A DNA stretch of 64,000 nucleotides from Patescibacteria group bacterium (GTDB lineage: Bacteria; Patescibacteriota; Patescibacteriia; UBA9934), in assembly GCA_038064675.1 (NCBI GenBank), contig JBBTSM010000006.1, forward strand, positions 7,776-71,775, given 5' to 3'. Position numbers and translations under genes: made by a program. Positions 1-10,023 of this stretch are shown here, in pieces. The notes under the pieces were generated by a model. That model made no database searches, was not told the origin of the DNA, and worked only from the letters and a program-made list of their open reading frames with translations. Position 1 is the stretch's first letter. Every line of letters starts with the position of its first letter.

Positions 1-855
1 AACAATTCCAAGAATCGCCGCAGCTGGTCGGGCAATCTTCATCGACGGAATCGACTTCACCACAAATACCAATGCGAGGCCCACGAACAATCCAAGAAAT
101 GCCGAACGCGATCCCGTCAGCAGCATACCGATGATGAGAACGACCGTGCCGATGCTTGTGATAACCATCATCTTCCGACGAAAAAGCCCCCCTCCGATTC
201 CCCCCATAAATGGGGGGAGAGATTTCACCTGAGCCATGAAGGCCCACCAAGCGAACAGCCCAACACCGAGGAATCCCCCAAATACATTCGGATGCGGAAA
301 ACTTCCATAGGTACGAAGAACGCGCTCACCGCTGGCTGTAAATACGGCATCACCAAGCTGCGAAGCGTCGCGATACGCAAGACCGAGCCATGAGTTCGCA
401 GGCGAAGAACCGCCGAATACTTGAATGAGACCGAGCACGAAGGGTGCAGCCAACGACACGACAAAAGCAAAGAGCAGATGTTTTACACTGACGCGATCAA
501 TGAGAATCGCAACAAAAAGCGCGTACGCAAGGCCAAGATGCGTGACCGTCGACAATGAAAACGCTGATCGATCCGCAAACGCCGTACCAAGAACCGCAAC
601 GATAAGAACAATCCCGCCGAGACGAACGGGAAGCTGACGTTTCGCGTCGATCGTCCACCATTTCCGATCAAGAATACTCCCCCCGATGAGCGCAGCCGCA
701 AGAAGAAGCTCCACCGCATACAAGCTCATCACGCCGAACTCTGTGTGCGCGCCAGCAATGGAAACCTCGCTATACATCCATCGCGTTTGCCACGGCAGAA
801 GAAAGATCGTTATGGACAGGAACAGCGTCGTCCAATTTGGAAAGAAGCGTTTCAT
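1..855 (-). CDS. O-antigen ligase family membrane protein (partial, runs off window start)
   Basis: Manual translation from ATG 855 (MKRFFPNW...IFLLPWQTRW) is open to position 1; motifs RTYGSFPHPNVFGGFL and LLTGSRSAFLGL; many TM segments. Absent from the ORF track because its stop lies outside the window. Confidence 0.8.
   Translation of the reverse strand, partial: MKRFFPNWTTLFLSITIFLLPWQTRWMYSEVSIAGAHTEFGVMSLYAVELLLAAALIGGSILDRKWWTIDAKRQLPVRLGGIVLIVAVLGTAFADRSAFSLSTVTHLGLAYALFVAILIDRVSVKHLLFAFVVSLAAPFVLGLIQVFGGSSPANSWLGLAYRDASQLGDAVFTASGERVLRTYGSFPHPNVFGGFLGVGLFAWWAFMAQVKSLPPFMGGIGGGLFRRKMMVITSIGTVVLIIGMLLTGSRSAFLGLFVGLALVFVVKSIPSMKIARPAAAILGIV
187..221 (+). repeat. GC-rich palindromic element, family A, copy 1 (in-frame inside O-antigen ligase)
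   Basis: CCCCCCTCCGATTCCCCCCATAAATGGGGGGAGAG; hairpin TCCCCCCAT-AA-ATGGGGGGA; encodes SLPPFMGGIGGG on the minus strand. Confidence 0.85.
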
Positions 856-1723
856 AAGCCTGAAGGATATCTTGTCGACGATCATTATGATGAAATTTTA
901 ACATGCCATCAGTCACAACAACGCGGGTATCGGCATTCATCATCGTCCGTAATGCCAATGGGAATCGCGCCCGCTGCATTCGTTCAGCCAGGCCTTCGAT
1001 ACTGAAAACATTCGGGAGCGTTCGAACTGCCGTTGCAGCGTACGACTGAGCTCTGCGAACACCGTGTGCCCGAGGGACATCGGGACGCATCCAACCGTTC
1101 GCCACACGAAGCTTCGCGAGCATGTCTCCTCGATCCAAAAGCGGAGAGAGCGTCGCGATCCAGAACATCAAATACGGATCTTTCGATCCAATCTTTACTG
1201 ACGAAAAATCGAGCCGATCATCAGTAACAAAAAAACTCAAACATACCGGGTCTTTTACGCGTTCGCCTGGCCGTGCGTGCATGAGCGCCAAGGCGCCCGC
1301 AAGAATGAACCGTGTAGACCAAATCTTTCCCCGATCGGTCACAATAAAAAGATCTATGTCACTCTCATGGTTCGTAAATGAAAACGCTAACGAGTTGCAC
1401 ACCGCAACCATCTTCACCCAGGGCAGTCGCGATGCAAACTTCACAAATCGCGATGCACGACGAGATTTGCGCAGTGCATCAGTCACGCGGCAAAGACGCT
1501 CCAATCGCCACTCGGCAGCGTCACCGAGTGCGAAGAATCCTTGGTCCGATACGCAGCCCCGCGATCGAAGCCAAGAAGACGACATCAGCACTACTTCGAC
1601 CTCAAAGAGTGTAACGTTTGGCGCATCGCACCATTTCCAGAGCTCAAGCGTTGTAAGAGGAAACTGAAAATAGGCGAAGTACGCGAGCGTCCGGAACAAC
1701 GATTGCTCGAGTGTCGTTGGCAT
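770..1723 (-). CDS. Pol-beta-like nucleotidyltransferase domain protein
   Basis: Motif VCNSLAFSFTNHESDIDLFIVT (xS...DxD); start taken at MPTTLEQ. Confidence 0.65.
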   Translation of the reverse strand: MPTTLEQSLFRTLAYFAYFQFPLTTLELWKWCDAPNVTLFEVEVVLMSSSWLRSRGCVSDQGFFALGDAAEWRLERLCRVTDALRKSRRASRFVKFASRLPWVKMVAVCNSLAFSFTNHESDIDLFIVTDRGKIWSTRFILAGALALMHARPGERVKDPVCLSFFVTDDRLDFSSVKIGSKDPYLMFWIATLSPLLDRGDMLAKLRVANGWMRPDVPRAHGVRRAQSYAATAVRTLPNVFSIEGLAERMQRARFPLALRTMMNADTRVVVTDGMLKFHHNDRRQDILQAYETLLSKLDDAVPVHNDLSSAVANAMDV

Positions 1724-1725
1724 AC

Positions 1726-2742
1726 TTACGCCTTTACTTTCTTGAGCACCCAACCTGATCCGGTTCGGATCATGTGAAATACGCCGAACACAATAAATAC
1801 GGCGTCGCGCAAACGAATCATCAACGCAAAAGCTAATGGATCCATTGGAACGTTCAGCGCAGCAAACACGGCAGCAAATCCGCCTTCAAAGATCCCTAGG
1901 CCACCAGGAACCGGAAGAATAAGTGCGAGTCCAGGAAGTGAACTTGCAAGGAATGCTTGGGCGAAATTCAGTGTCACGCCAAATCCCCAGGCAATGTAGA
2001 GGGTTTCGACAACTCGGAATGCCACCATCGTCATTGATAACGCAGAAATGCCGAACACCACCCAGCCGCCACCAGCAAAGAAGCCACGCATCAAATCTTC
2101 CGTCTCTTCCAGCCAATGTTCAACGCCACGGAATCGTTTCACACGATCCAACCGTAAGCGATGAAAGAGCGGCTTCGCCATTGGTCTCCCCCGACCGAGC
2201 GCCGTAAAAAATGAAAGAAGCAAGCCAAAAGCAATCGCGAGGCCAACGGCCATAATCCACAACGTCCCAGCGCCTCCCTGATGCTCCACAAGTGCAAAGA
2301 TCACGCCGAGCGCGATGAAGACGACGTACGAACAAAGCTCAAAAGCAATATCGAGTGTCGCTGATGCTACTGCGCTCTTCCCTGGCACGCCGTCCGCCAT
2401 TAAAAGCGCAACACGAACCGGCTCACCGCCTGCTTGGTTGAGCGGCGTCAAATACCCAACGGCATACCCCGTCATGCGGTGCCAATACATCCGCCACACC
2501 GAAAGCTTATGCTTCTTTTCCGTGACTTGCCGGCGCAAAATGATCGTCCAACGGATGCTGTACAGCGTGAAGTTCAGCATCGAAATAGCCACAAGACCGA
2601 CGAACGGCCATGCACCAAACGTGCTCATGTTTTGCAGAACACTCGCCCAACCCTCCTTTGCAAGAAGCGCGTACAACAACCCAACACCAAGGAGGCCGCT
2701 CAAGACAACACCGAGAATACGCCACGGGACACGTTGAGCCAT
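1726..2742 (-). CDS. Lysylphosphatidylglycerol synthase TM-domain / flippase-like protein (UPF0104)
   Basis: RW, TPLNQAGGEPVR and PVPGGLGIFEG motifs; multi-TM. Confidence 0.8.
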   Translation of the reverse strand: MAQRVPWRILGVVLSGLLGVGLLYALLAKEGWASVLQNMSTFGAWPFVGLVAISMLNFTLYSIRWTIILRRQVTEKKHKLSVWRMYWHRMTGYAVGYLTPLNQAGGEPVRVALLMADGVPGKSAVASATLDIAFELCSYVVFIALGVIFALVEHQGGAGTLWIMAVGLAIAFGLLLSFFTALGRGRPMAKPLFHRLRLDRVKRFRGVEHWLEETEDLMRGFFAGGGWVVFGISALSMTMVAFRVVETLYIAWGFGVTLNFAQAFLASSLPGLALILPVPGGLGIFEGGFAAVFAALNVPMDPLAFALMIRLRDAVFIVFGVFHMIRTGSGWVLKKVKA

Positions 2743-2767
2743 AATGGAACAAGTGTACACGAACCCG

Positions 2768-3490
2768 CTAGCTCTTCTTTGGACTCAAAAATAATGCGTA
2801 CATTGCGTAGGTAAACGCGGTGCTCACGAAGATGTAGAGCGTTACGCCCCCAACAAGTGTCGTTACGCCAAGAACCAACATCATGATCGGCAACATATAT
2901 ACCATCATTTTGTTCATCGTTGCGGTCATGTCCTCATCAAGCGCTGGGCTCGTTCCGCGCGCCACTGCCGGCGGACGACGAGTGATCATCTGCTTAGCCT
3001 GGAAGTACTGAGCCACGGCGGACGCCACGGCGAGAGGAATTGAGATCTTACTCAAATCCATTCCCAGAAAGGACGGGGACATCGATCCGGGACTTGGAAT
3101 AAAGCCATACAAAATCGAGGCATCAACAGTATGAATTCCAGCCTCAAGCGCCTTGTACAGCGCAATGAACACAAACAACTGCACTATTGTTGGCAAACAT
3201 GAGGCGAAAGGATTTACGTTGTGCACCTTGTACACACTCATGAGTTCCTTCGCCATCGTCTCTTTGTCGTCCTTATACTTCTCCTTAATCTCCGCAATCT
3301 TCGGCTGAATCTCTTGCAGCTCCTTCTGTGCCTTCATGGACTTGTACGTCAGTGGCAACACGATGCTCTTCACGATGACGGTCATCACGATAATTGCGAG
3401 CCCAAGTCCGCCCCACGGCGCAAGATTGTAGATGAAGACGAGAAGATTGTAGAGTGGCTGGTAGAGAATCGTAAAGAAGAAGGAAGCCAT
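2768..3490 (-). CDS. yidC: YidC/Oxa1 membrane protein insertase
   Basis: GLAIIVMTVIVK..LPL, IQPKIAEIKEKYK, YKVHNVNPFASCLP. Confidence 0.92.
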   Translation of the reverse strand: MASFFFTILYQPLYNLLVFIYNLAPWGGLGLAIIVMTVIVKSIVLPLTYKSMKAQKELQEIQPKIAEIKEKYKDDKETMAKELMSVYKVHNVNPFASCLPTIVQLFVFIALYKALEAGIHTVDASILYGFIPSPGSMSPSFLGMDLSKISIPLAVASAVAQYFQAKQMITRRPPAVARGTSPALDEDMTATMNKMMVYMLPIMMLVLGVTTLVGGVTLYIFVSTAFTYAMYALFLSPKKS

Positions 3491-3491
3491 A

Positions 3492-4748
3492 TTACTCAGA
3501 AACTACAGGTGTCTCGACCGCAGCCTCAGCGACGGCTTCGACTGGCTCCGCAACAGCGTCCACATTTTCAACTGGAGCGATAACACCATCAGCCTGACGT
3601 TCCTGAATGTTTACCTTCCAACCAGTGAGTTTCGCCGCCAAACGGACGTTTTGACCACCGCGACCAATCGCGAGGGAAAGCTGATCGCTTGGAACAACGA
3701 CGATTGCTGCGTGTTCTGCCTCATCAAGATTTACCTCGAGCACCTTTGCCGGAGACAGCGCGTGCGTAATGAGTTCGCGTGGATTTTCGCTCCACTGGAC
3801 AATGTCGATCTTTTCGCCAGAGAGCTCTCCAGTAATCGTTTGGATACGGCTTCCGCGCTGCCCGATACATGCTCCGATTGGATCGATCCCCGCATCGGTA
3901 GATGCAACGGCGATCTTGGTACGCGCGCCAGCTTCGCGAGCAATCGCCTTAATGACGACGGTGCCCTCGGCGACTTCCGGAATTTCCACCATGAACAGCT
4001 TCTTTACCAACTCTTCACTGGTTCGGGAGAGCAAAATCTGCGCACCGCGCGAACCGAGCGACACTTCGCGAACGTAGAACTTCAAACGGTCTCCAGAGCG
4101 ATAGCGTTCCGTTGGCATCGCGTCTTCTGGCTTGATAATTCCAGCCGTGCGACCGATATCCACGAGAATAATACGGCCTTCACGACGCTGCACCGTTCCC
4201 ACAATTACATCGCCTTCGACACCCTTGAATTCGTTAAAGATGATTTCGCGCTCTGCTTCACGAAGCTTCTGGGTAATAACCTGCTTCGCGGTCATCGCTG
4301 CCATACGACCAAATTCCACAGCCTGTGGAAGCTCCGTACGCAACACGTCGCCAACCTTTGCACCCATCTTCATGAGCTGCGCGTCGGAAATCATGATGTC
4401 CGTTTTTGGATTGAACTTTGGTGCAATCTCGTCCACCGGTGTTTCTGTTGGTGGCATAAAGTCACCAAGCGCTTTCATTGCTTCGCGACGAGCCGATTCC
4501 TCAGCCTCAATCTTCTTCACCTCTTCCATTTCTTCTGCGGTAATATCTGCGACCACCGTTTTCACGTCGAAAATTCGAGCAAGGCCCGTTTCCGTATCGA
4601 ACTTCGCTTCAAGATTGTGATATTTGTCGCCAAAATCCTTACGATACGCCGCCGCCAATGCGGATTCGATCGTGGTCATGACACTTTCATACGAAAGGCC
4701 CTTCTCGTCACAAATCTGACGAATCGCTAACTCGATTGCACTTGCCAT
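3492..4748 (-). CDS. nusA: Transcription termination/antitermination factor NusA
   Basis: FGRMAAMTAKQVI, AREAGARTKIAV, GACIGQRGSRI, SLAIGRGGQNVRLAAKLTGW. Confidence 0.97.
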   Translation of the reverse strand: MASAIELAIRQICDEKGLSYESVMTTIESALAAAYRKDFGDKYHNLEAKFDTETGLARIFDVKTVVADITAEEMEEVKKIEAEESARREAMKALGDFMPPTETPVDEIAPKFNPKTDIMISDAQLMKMGAKVGDVLRTELPQAVEFGRMAAMTAKQVITQKLREAEREIIFNEFKGVEGDVIVGTVQRREGRIILVDIGRTAGIIKPEDAMPTERYRSGDRLKFYVREVSLGSRGAQILLSRTSEELVKKLFMVEIPEVAEGTVVIKAIAREAGARTKIAVASTDAGIDPIGACIGQRGSRIQTITGELSGEKIDIVQWSENPRELITHALSPAKVLEVNLDEAEHAAIVVVPSDQLSLAIGRGGQNVRLAAKLTGWKVNIQERQADGVIAPVENVDAVAEPVEAVAEAAVETPVVSE

Positions 4749-4835
4749 ACTAGATTGTTATTAAATTGTTTAACAGTGAAACCTGGCATTGCGGCCAGGT
4801 TTCAACATGCAAAAAGAATATCACAGCCCGATCGA

Positions 4836-5126
4836 CTACGCAATATTCGTCGCGATCTTGAGATGAACAATGTCTTGCCGATTTTTCTCGATCTGCGGAA
4901 GAATTTCATCCTTCACAAGATCGAGGATATCGTCCCGCAAAGTATCGATCTTCTTACCGAGACGCTCTTCTGACGCAAAAACCGCAGAATTCACAACGGC
5001 GTGCATCTCGTCTCGTATTTCACGCTTCAATTGAGAGCCAAAGACCTCATTATTTTGGATCAGTGCATCGCGAACAATTTCTGAAACCAAACCACGCATT
5101 GTTTTCTCATCTTTTGCTGTAAGCAT
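4836..5126 (-). CDS. Hypothetical coiled-coil protein
   Basis: ORF from MLTAKDEK; amphipathic helical composition. Confidence 0.55.
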   Translation of the reverse strand: MLTAKDEKTMRGLVSEIVRDALIQNNEVFGSQLKREIRDEMHAVVNSAVFASEERLGKKIDTLRDDILDLVKDEILPQIEKNRQDIVHLKIATNIA

Positions 5127-5196
5127 AAAAATACGATGAAAAATAAAATTCGTGGGGACTAGGACCAGCCTACCAAAAATATTTCTCGTCGTCATT

Positions 5197-6192
5197 TCAT
5201 TTCTCCACAACATCGCGAACCATCAGCGTTATCGGAATGACTTTCGTATCCGATAACCGCAACGGTTTCGCTCCGCCTTGATTTCGGAATCCGAATCGCT
5301 CGTAAAATCGAATCGCTTGATTATTGTACGATGCGACTTTTAATTGAATGGGCGTATCAGCATCGAGCCATTCTAATCCACGCCGAAAGACTTCGCCACC
5401 GATTCCTTTTCCAATATACGCAGGATCCAGATATAACGAATCAACCAAACCAAATTCTGCCGTCTTTCCTACCCTACAAAATCCAAGAGTTTTTTGAGCA
5501 TCCTCCAAAATGAATGTCCGAATATTTGCCAGCACCCCCTCATCACGCAATTCTCTCTGCCAAGAAGCCGTTTGCTGATCGACACTTTTTAAATATCTTT
5601 CAATATCCTCACGCGAAATCCCACCGACTTCGTTCGGATACGTCGCCAACCACGACTCATGCTGAATCCGCGCAATCTCCGCCGCATCAGCAACGGTCGC
5701 AATGCGGACTTCGGGTTTTTCCTTCGCGATATCGTGTTCTTTCGGCTCAACCACCCGATATGTTTGAACTTCATCGCGACCAACAACTTTTGCAGGAATT
5801 TCTGCGACGTGTTCGATGAACATCTTTGTTACACGATGGGCGCCGTCAATAATCGAGCCATCTTCAGTTACAAGAATCGGCTCGGAAAGGCTCACTCTCT
5901 GAGCACGGGCGATATGACTGCTCCACTCAGGCTCGCGAGACGCCATGATCGTGTAGTCTCCCTCACATGTTTCCGCAAGATCAATCAACTGTTTTGGCCC
6001 GATACTCCCACCATTATCAAGACTCCAACCGCGATCGTGAGATCGAAAGTCTAAGAAATCCGTCCGCGCCATAACGCGATCAGGAAATCTTCCCTTATCC
6101 GCGATCAATCGATCGACGTTAAGGATCAATCCGCCAACTTGTGCAGTCCGCGCCACTGTTCTCCTCTCAAAATTCTGCTCATTGCGATCCAT
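5197..6192 (-). CDS. ParB/Srx-like N-terminal domain fused to GNAT acetyltransferase
   Basis: EPILVTEDGSIIDGAHRV (ParB-like); IRIATVADAAEIARI...LYLDPAYIGKGIG...NNQAIRFYERFGF (GNAT). Confidence 0.7.
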   Translation of the reverse strand: MDRNEQNFERRTVARTAQVGGLILNVDRLIADKGRFPDRVMARTDFLDFRSHDRGWSLDNGGSIGPKQLIDLAETCEGDYTIMASREPEWSSHIARAQRVSLSEPILVTEDGSIIDGAHRVTKMFIEHVAEIPAKVVGRDEVQTYRVVEPKEHDIAKEKPEVRIATVADAAEIARIQHESWLATYPNEVGGISREDIERYLKSVDQQTASWQRELRDEGVLANIRTFILEDAQKTLGFCRVGKTAEFGLVDSLYLDPAYIGKGIGGEVFRRGLEWLDADTPIQLKVASYNNQAIRFYERFGFRNQGGAKPLRLSDTKVIPITLMVRDVVEK

Positions 6193-6203
6193 ACACGATC
6201 ATT

Positions 6204-6554
6204 CTACCCCACCCCAACGATATGGGTGATTCGTGGGGGCGATTGATCGTATTCAATCGCAATCACGTCGATGCGCCATTCGGATTGGGGGTGATCGGAC
6301 ATGAAATGTTCGGCGACGATGGCGATTTTTCGAAGCTTCGATCGGGTAACAGATTCTTCGGGATACCCGAATTCGTGATCGTTGCGCGCCTTCACCTCGA
6401 CCATGACAAATTCCTCCCCATCTTTTGCGATAATATCGATCTCGCCGAAACGGTTGCGATATTGCGTTTCAATAATCTGAAACTTCTTTGATTTCAAAAA
6501 CGCAGCGGCATCATGCTCAGCTGCGTTTCCAAAAATCCTCCTCTTATCCACCAT
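6204..6554 (-). CDS. yraN: YraN (UPF0102) family putative endonuclease
   Basis: GEIDIIA, VEVKAR, PEESVT, RIDVIAI. Confidence 0.9.
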   Translation of the reverse strand: MVDKRRIFGNAAEHDAAAFLKSKKFQIIETQYRNRFGEIDIIAKDGEEFVMVEVKARNDHEFGYPEESVTRSKLRKIAIVAEHFMSDHPQSEWRIDVIAIEYDQSPPRITHIVGVG

Positions 6555-6559
6555 AACGA

Positions 6560-6976
6560 TTACCGGGATCGTTTCGGCAAATATTTATTCACGTCAGCAC
6601 GTGACTGTTCGCGATGCTGCAACGCCGGAACTTCTGTTTTCACGTAGCGGACGATTGAAACAACGCCGGCGAGAACGCCAACGATCCAAATCAAAAACCA
6701 GAATCGGGAACCAAAGAATTGAATCTCTTCGAACGTGAGAAAGAACCAGACCAAGCCAACAAGACCAGAGAACGAACACAGTGTCGCGATCTTCTTGAGG
6801 ACGATCGCCTGATATCGATCGTACTTCCCATTGCGGATCATCATGCGGATTACTGATCCTGCGATGATTACGAGTGCGAAGAAGGCAAAGAAACCTGCCT
6901 CGAACGCTGCGGCCATACGAATCGGCGTAAGGTCGAACCAGAAGCTCAAATTCCAAAGTGGGGAGAGAAAATTCAT
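6560..6976 (-). CDS. Hypothetical membrane protein
   Basis: 3 TM segments, C-terminal KYLP; packed in the operon. Confidence 0.7.
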   Translation of the reverse strand: MNFLSPLWNLSFWFDLTPIRMAAAFEAGFFAFFALVIIAGSVIRMMIRNGKYDRYQAIVLKKIATLCSFSGLVGLVWFFLTFEEIQFFGSRFWFLIWIVGVLAGVVSIVRYVKTEVPALQHREQSRADVNKYLPKRSR

Positions 6977-7000
6977 ATGGGCAGGATAGTAGCGGAAAAT

Positions 7001-7546
7001 CTAGTGACTGTAAATTCTCCCCCAATGATCCCGGCTCGCTCTGAACTGTCCGCATTCCTGGCAACCACCTTCGGAAAATAACCGATCAACCGCGTACGGA
7101 GCAACACGATCGGCGCTATTCGGTGCAACGGCATGACGAGTTTGCGGCTCCCAGTCGACGACAATAATCTGCCCATTCGGGGCAAGCAGACGACGAGCCT
7201 CCGAAACGATCGATGCACGACGACGCGCCGACCACAGCGTGTTAATGAGGAAAATACGATCGAGCGAACCCTGTTCAATGTCGGCCACACCTCCAAACCG
7301 TTCAATGTCTCCTCGGACTGGATACAAGTTCAAAAGCGAGTGCAACGATCGGTGCCCGCGAAGCATCGATAACGCTTCAGGATGAATATCGATAGCAAAC
7401 ACCACACCATCGTCGGCAAGGAATCGCGCTGCTGGCAAAACTAAGTGTCCCGATCCCCCAGCACCAAAATCCGCCACACGATAACCGGGGCGAAGGTTTG
7501 CAATCTTGAGGATTACATTTGCATCGAGTAAGGCGCTACCAGCCAT
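7001..7546 (-). CDS. Class I SAM-dependent methyltransferase
   Basis: VADFGAGGSG, VFAIDI, RLLAPNGQIIVVDW. Confidence 0.85.
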   Translation of the reverse strand: MAGSALLDANVILKIANLRPGYRVADFGAGGSGHLVLPAARFLADDGVVFAIDIHPEALSMLRGHRSLHSLLNLYPVRGDIERFGGVADIEQGSLDRIFLINTLWSARRRASIVSEARRLLAPNGQIIVVDWEPQTRHAVAPNSADRVAPYAVDRLFSEGGCQECGQFRASRDHWGRIYSH

Positions 7547-7549
7547 GTA

Positions 7550-7783
7550 TTAGAAAATAGAGCGAACAAAGCTGCCAATAATGATATCGAAGAGGTTGAG
7601 CGTTACAATGAATCCAAGAATCATCACCGCGATTCCAAGAAGCTTGTAGAAGAATGCGGTTGTACCCAAATGTTGCTCAGCCCATGCCACTGGTCCGAGC
7701 ATGTCTTCAAACCACCGCGTTTTCCATACCATCATCCATCCCATCGCAGTGATGAAGAGGCCAATAAGAATTCGCTGCAACAT
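7550..7783 (-). CDS. Small membrane protein
   Basis: 77 aa, 2 TM; TAAAAT box 8 nt before ATG. Confidence 0.7.
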   Translation of the reverse strand: MLQRILIGLFITAMGWMMVWKTRWFEDMLGPVAWAEQHLGTTAFFYKLLGIAVMILGFIVTLNLFDIIIGSFVRSIF

Positions 7784-7837
7784 ATAGCGCTATTTTATCA
7801 CAAACGAAAAAGAAGCCCGGTCAGGCTTCATTTTCGA

Positions 7838-7913
7838 TGGTGGACCGTATCGGGATCGAACCGATGACCTTCTGACTGCCAGCCAGACGCTCTACCAGCT
7901 GAGCTAACGGCCC
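7838..7913 (-). tRNA. tRNA-Ala(GGC)
   Basis: Cloverleaf; anticodon arm TCTGG-CTGGCAG-TCAGA; GTTCGA; encoded CCA. Confidence 0.95.
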
Positions 7914-7923
7914 GAGAAATGAA

Positions 7924-8047
7924 GAGAACGGGTTTATTTGGTCAAGCTTGGACGCACGGCGAGCAAATGTTTCGAGGCGTACTTCTTGGTACGTTGAGAA
8001 ACTTTGCGATGGCGTAAGTTCAAGATTGACCAAATAAACACGTTCTC
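7924..8047 (-). repeat. ~125 bp long-hairpin repeat, family B, copy 1
   Basis: Terminal arms GAGAACG.GTTTATTTGGTCAA / TTGACCAAATAAAC.CGTTCTC; core CTCAACGTACCAAGAAGTACGCCTCG on the minus strand; lies between tRNA-Val and tRNA-Ala. Confidence 0.85.
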
Positions 8048-8048
8048 C

Positions 8049-8125
8049 TGGTGGACGCCGGGGGATTCGAACCCTCGACCCTCTCGGTGTAAACGAGATG
8101 CTCTAACCAGCTGAGCTAGGCGTCC
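8049..8125 (-). tRNA. tRNA-Val(TAC)
   Basis: Anticodon arm TCTCG-TTTACAC-CGAGA; CCA end. Confidence 0.95.
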
Positions 8126-8212
8126 AAATACGTATCGCCGAGGAATAGTACCCGAAGGCTTGAATCTTTTCAATCTTGAGGTTATGCTTCTGCCCGTTCC
8201 TTTAGTGATCGC

Positions 8213-8298
8213 GCGCGGATGGTGAAATGGTAGACACGCCAGCTTGAGGGGCTGGTGGCCGCAAGGTCGTGGAGGTTCGAGTCCTCTTCCGCGCACCA
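8213..8298 (+). tRNA. tRNA-Leu(GAG)
   Basis: Anticodon arm CCAGC-TTGAGGG-GCTGG; long variable arm; CCA. Confidence 0.95.
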
Positions 8299-8363
8299 TC
8301 GATGAAGAAGTCCAGAACGGACTTCTTTTTCGTTTTCCCGTTCTTTGATACCCTTATGGCACT

Positions 8364-9074
8364 ATGGCAAACATGAAATTTGGGCTTGTGGGACGGATTT
8401 TGACGATTCTTGCTGCAATCGTAGTAATCGTTGCTGGAATGGCGTGGATCGGTAATGCCCAAGACCGCGCAAAAGAACCACAAAAGCTCGAGGTCGCGGC
8501 CAATGACAATGACTGGTTTGAGGGTGGAAAAGATGCTTCTGTCGTGCTCGTCGAATATAGCGACTTCCAGTGCCCGGCCTGCGGCGCGTACTTCCCTGTT
8601 ATGAAAGGCCTTCAAGAGGCGTACGGCGACAAGCTCAAGATTGTCTACCGCAACTATCCGCTTGCCTCTATTCATGCAAACGCCCAACTCGCAGCACAGG
8701 CCGCAGAAGCTGCTGGCATTCAAGAACAGTTCTTTCTGATGCACGATCTGCTCTTTGGCAACCAACAAACATGGAGTACAGAAACCGACCCAACGAACAC
8801 CTTCATCGGCTACGCAACATCTATTGGTCTTGATGTTGAAAAGTTCAAAACTGACCTTACAAGCGATGAAGCATTCGAGTCCGTAAAAGACGACATTCGA
8901 AGCGGAGACAAATCAAACGTGGATTCCACGCCAACGTTCTTCTTGAATGGTGTGCGGATTGAGAAGAATCCCCAGGGCCTTGAGCCATTCAAGGTACTCA
9001 TCGATGCAGCCCTCCCGCCAACTCCGGTCGCCGATCCGGCAACATCGAGCATTGAAGTGACGACCACGCCGTAA
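8364..9074 (+). CDS. DsbA-family thioredoxin-fold oxidoreductase
   Basis: N-terminal TM; EYSDFQCPAC; STPTFFLNG. Confidence 0.92.
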   Translation: MANMKFGLVGRILTILAAIVVIVAGMAWIGNAQDRAKEPQKLEVAANDNDWFEGGKDASVVLVEYSDFQCPACGAYFPVMKGLQEAYGDKLKIVYRNYPLASIHANAQLAAQAAEAAGIQEQFFLMHDLLFGNQQTWSTETDPTNTFIGYATSIGLDVEKFKTDLTSDEAFESVKDDIRSGDKSNVDSTPTFFLNGVRIEKNPQGLEPFKVLIDAALPPTPVADPATSSIEVTTTP

Positions 9075-9077
9075 GCT

Positions 9078-9539
9078 ATGACCGCTCCCCGCTGGTATCC
9101 ATTCACTGTTCTCGGCGTGAGCATCGTCGGATTCTTCGACGCTGCATACTTAACAATCCAGCACTACACCCAATTCACCCTCCCCTGCACCATCACCCAC
9201 GGTTGCGACTTGGTGACAAAAAGCGAATACTCGCAAATCATGGGCATTCCGGTTTCTGTTCTTGGCGCTGTCTATTACCTCGCGATCTTCCTCGCCGTCT
9301 ACGTCATTCTCGAAACGAAAAAAACGGAATACCTCCGCTTCGTTGCCATCGCCACAACCTTCGGCTTTCTCTTCTCCGCCTGGTTCGTCTACCTCCAATT
9401 CTTCGTCATCCACGCCATCTGCCAGTACTGCATGTTCTCCGCCGCCACCTCAACCACCATGTTCGTGGTTTCGATTGTGTTTTTCTCGAGCGAGCACCTA
9501 AAGAACATTACGAAGTCGACACACTCCGAAGTTCTGTAA
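9078..9539 (+). CDS. Vitamin K epoxide reductase (VKOR) family protein
   Basis: C..C loop, SEYS, GIPVS, AICQYCM; adjacent to DsbA. Confidence 0.92.
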   Translation: MTAPRWYPFTVLGVSIVGFFDAAYLTIQHYTQFTLPCTITHGCDLVTKSEYSQIMGIPVSVLGAVYYLAIFLAVYVILETKKTEYLRFVAIATTFGFLFSAWFVYLQFFVIHAICQYCMFSAATSTTMFVVSIVFFSSEHLKNITKSTHSEVL

Positions 9540-10023
9540 AAATCGGATCTTTGAACTCATTCGGGATCTTCTCAAGGATCGTCTTTGCGATATCAACGCT
9601 CCTCGCAATTTCATCTGTGTTATCCACTGATCGATAAAATCGGTAACTATCAAGCGTATCTGCTGTTTTCACGATAAGTGCCGATTCACCAACCGCAATA
9701 CACCGATCAATATATTCTCTTCGACGTTCTGCTGGATCGACGATACTGCGATCTTTCGTATTCGCTTTCACGATCGCAAGAACTGCGTCGCCGAACTCGC
9801 TCTTCACGAGACCTTCTGAAGCCTCCGTCCACTCAAGAATGTCGTGAAGCAACCCCGCTAACACGATGTCAGCCGAATAGTCATGTTCGTAAAGATACAT
9901 TCCAACGCGAAGAACATGCATGAGAAGCGGCTTCTTCCGTTTCTCGCCGACGGGCATGTATTGAACCAAAAGCTTCACCGCCTTTTCGAACTGAAGATCG
10001 AGCTGAATATTACCCAAGTTCAT
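9508..10023 (-). CDS. HD domain protein, SpoT/Mesh1-like small (p)ppGpp hydrolase
   Basis: HVLRV, AGLLHDILE, FGDAVLAIV, VKTADTLD. Confidence 0.75.
   Translation of the reverse strand: MNLGNIQLDLQFEKAVKLLVQYMPVGEKRKKPLLMHVLRVGMYLYEHDYSADIVLAGLLHDILEWTEASEGLVKSEFGDAVLAIVKANTKDRSIVDPAERRREYIDRCIAVGESALIVKTADTLDSYRFYRSVDNTDEIARSVDIAKTILEKIPNEFKDPIFTELRSVSTS

Noticed and set aside
3651-4730. Long antisense ORFs (359 aa opposite nusA; likewise 47938-48993, 31667-32779, 33584-34381)
   Set aside because: Shadow ORFs of well-supported genes on the other strand, with no motifs.
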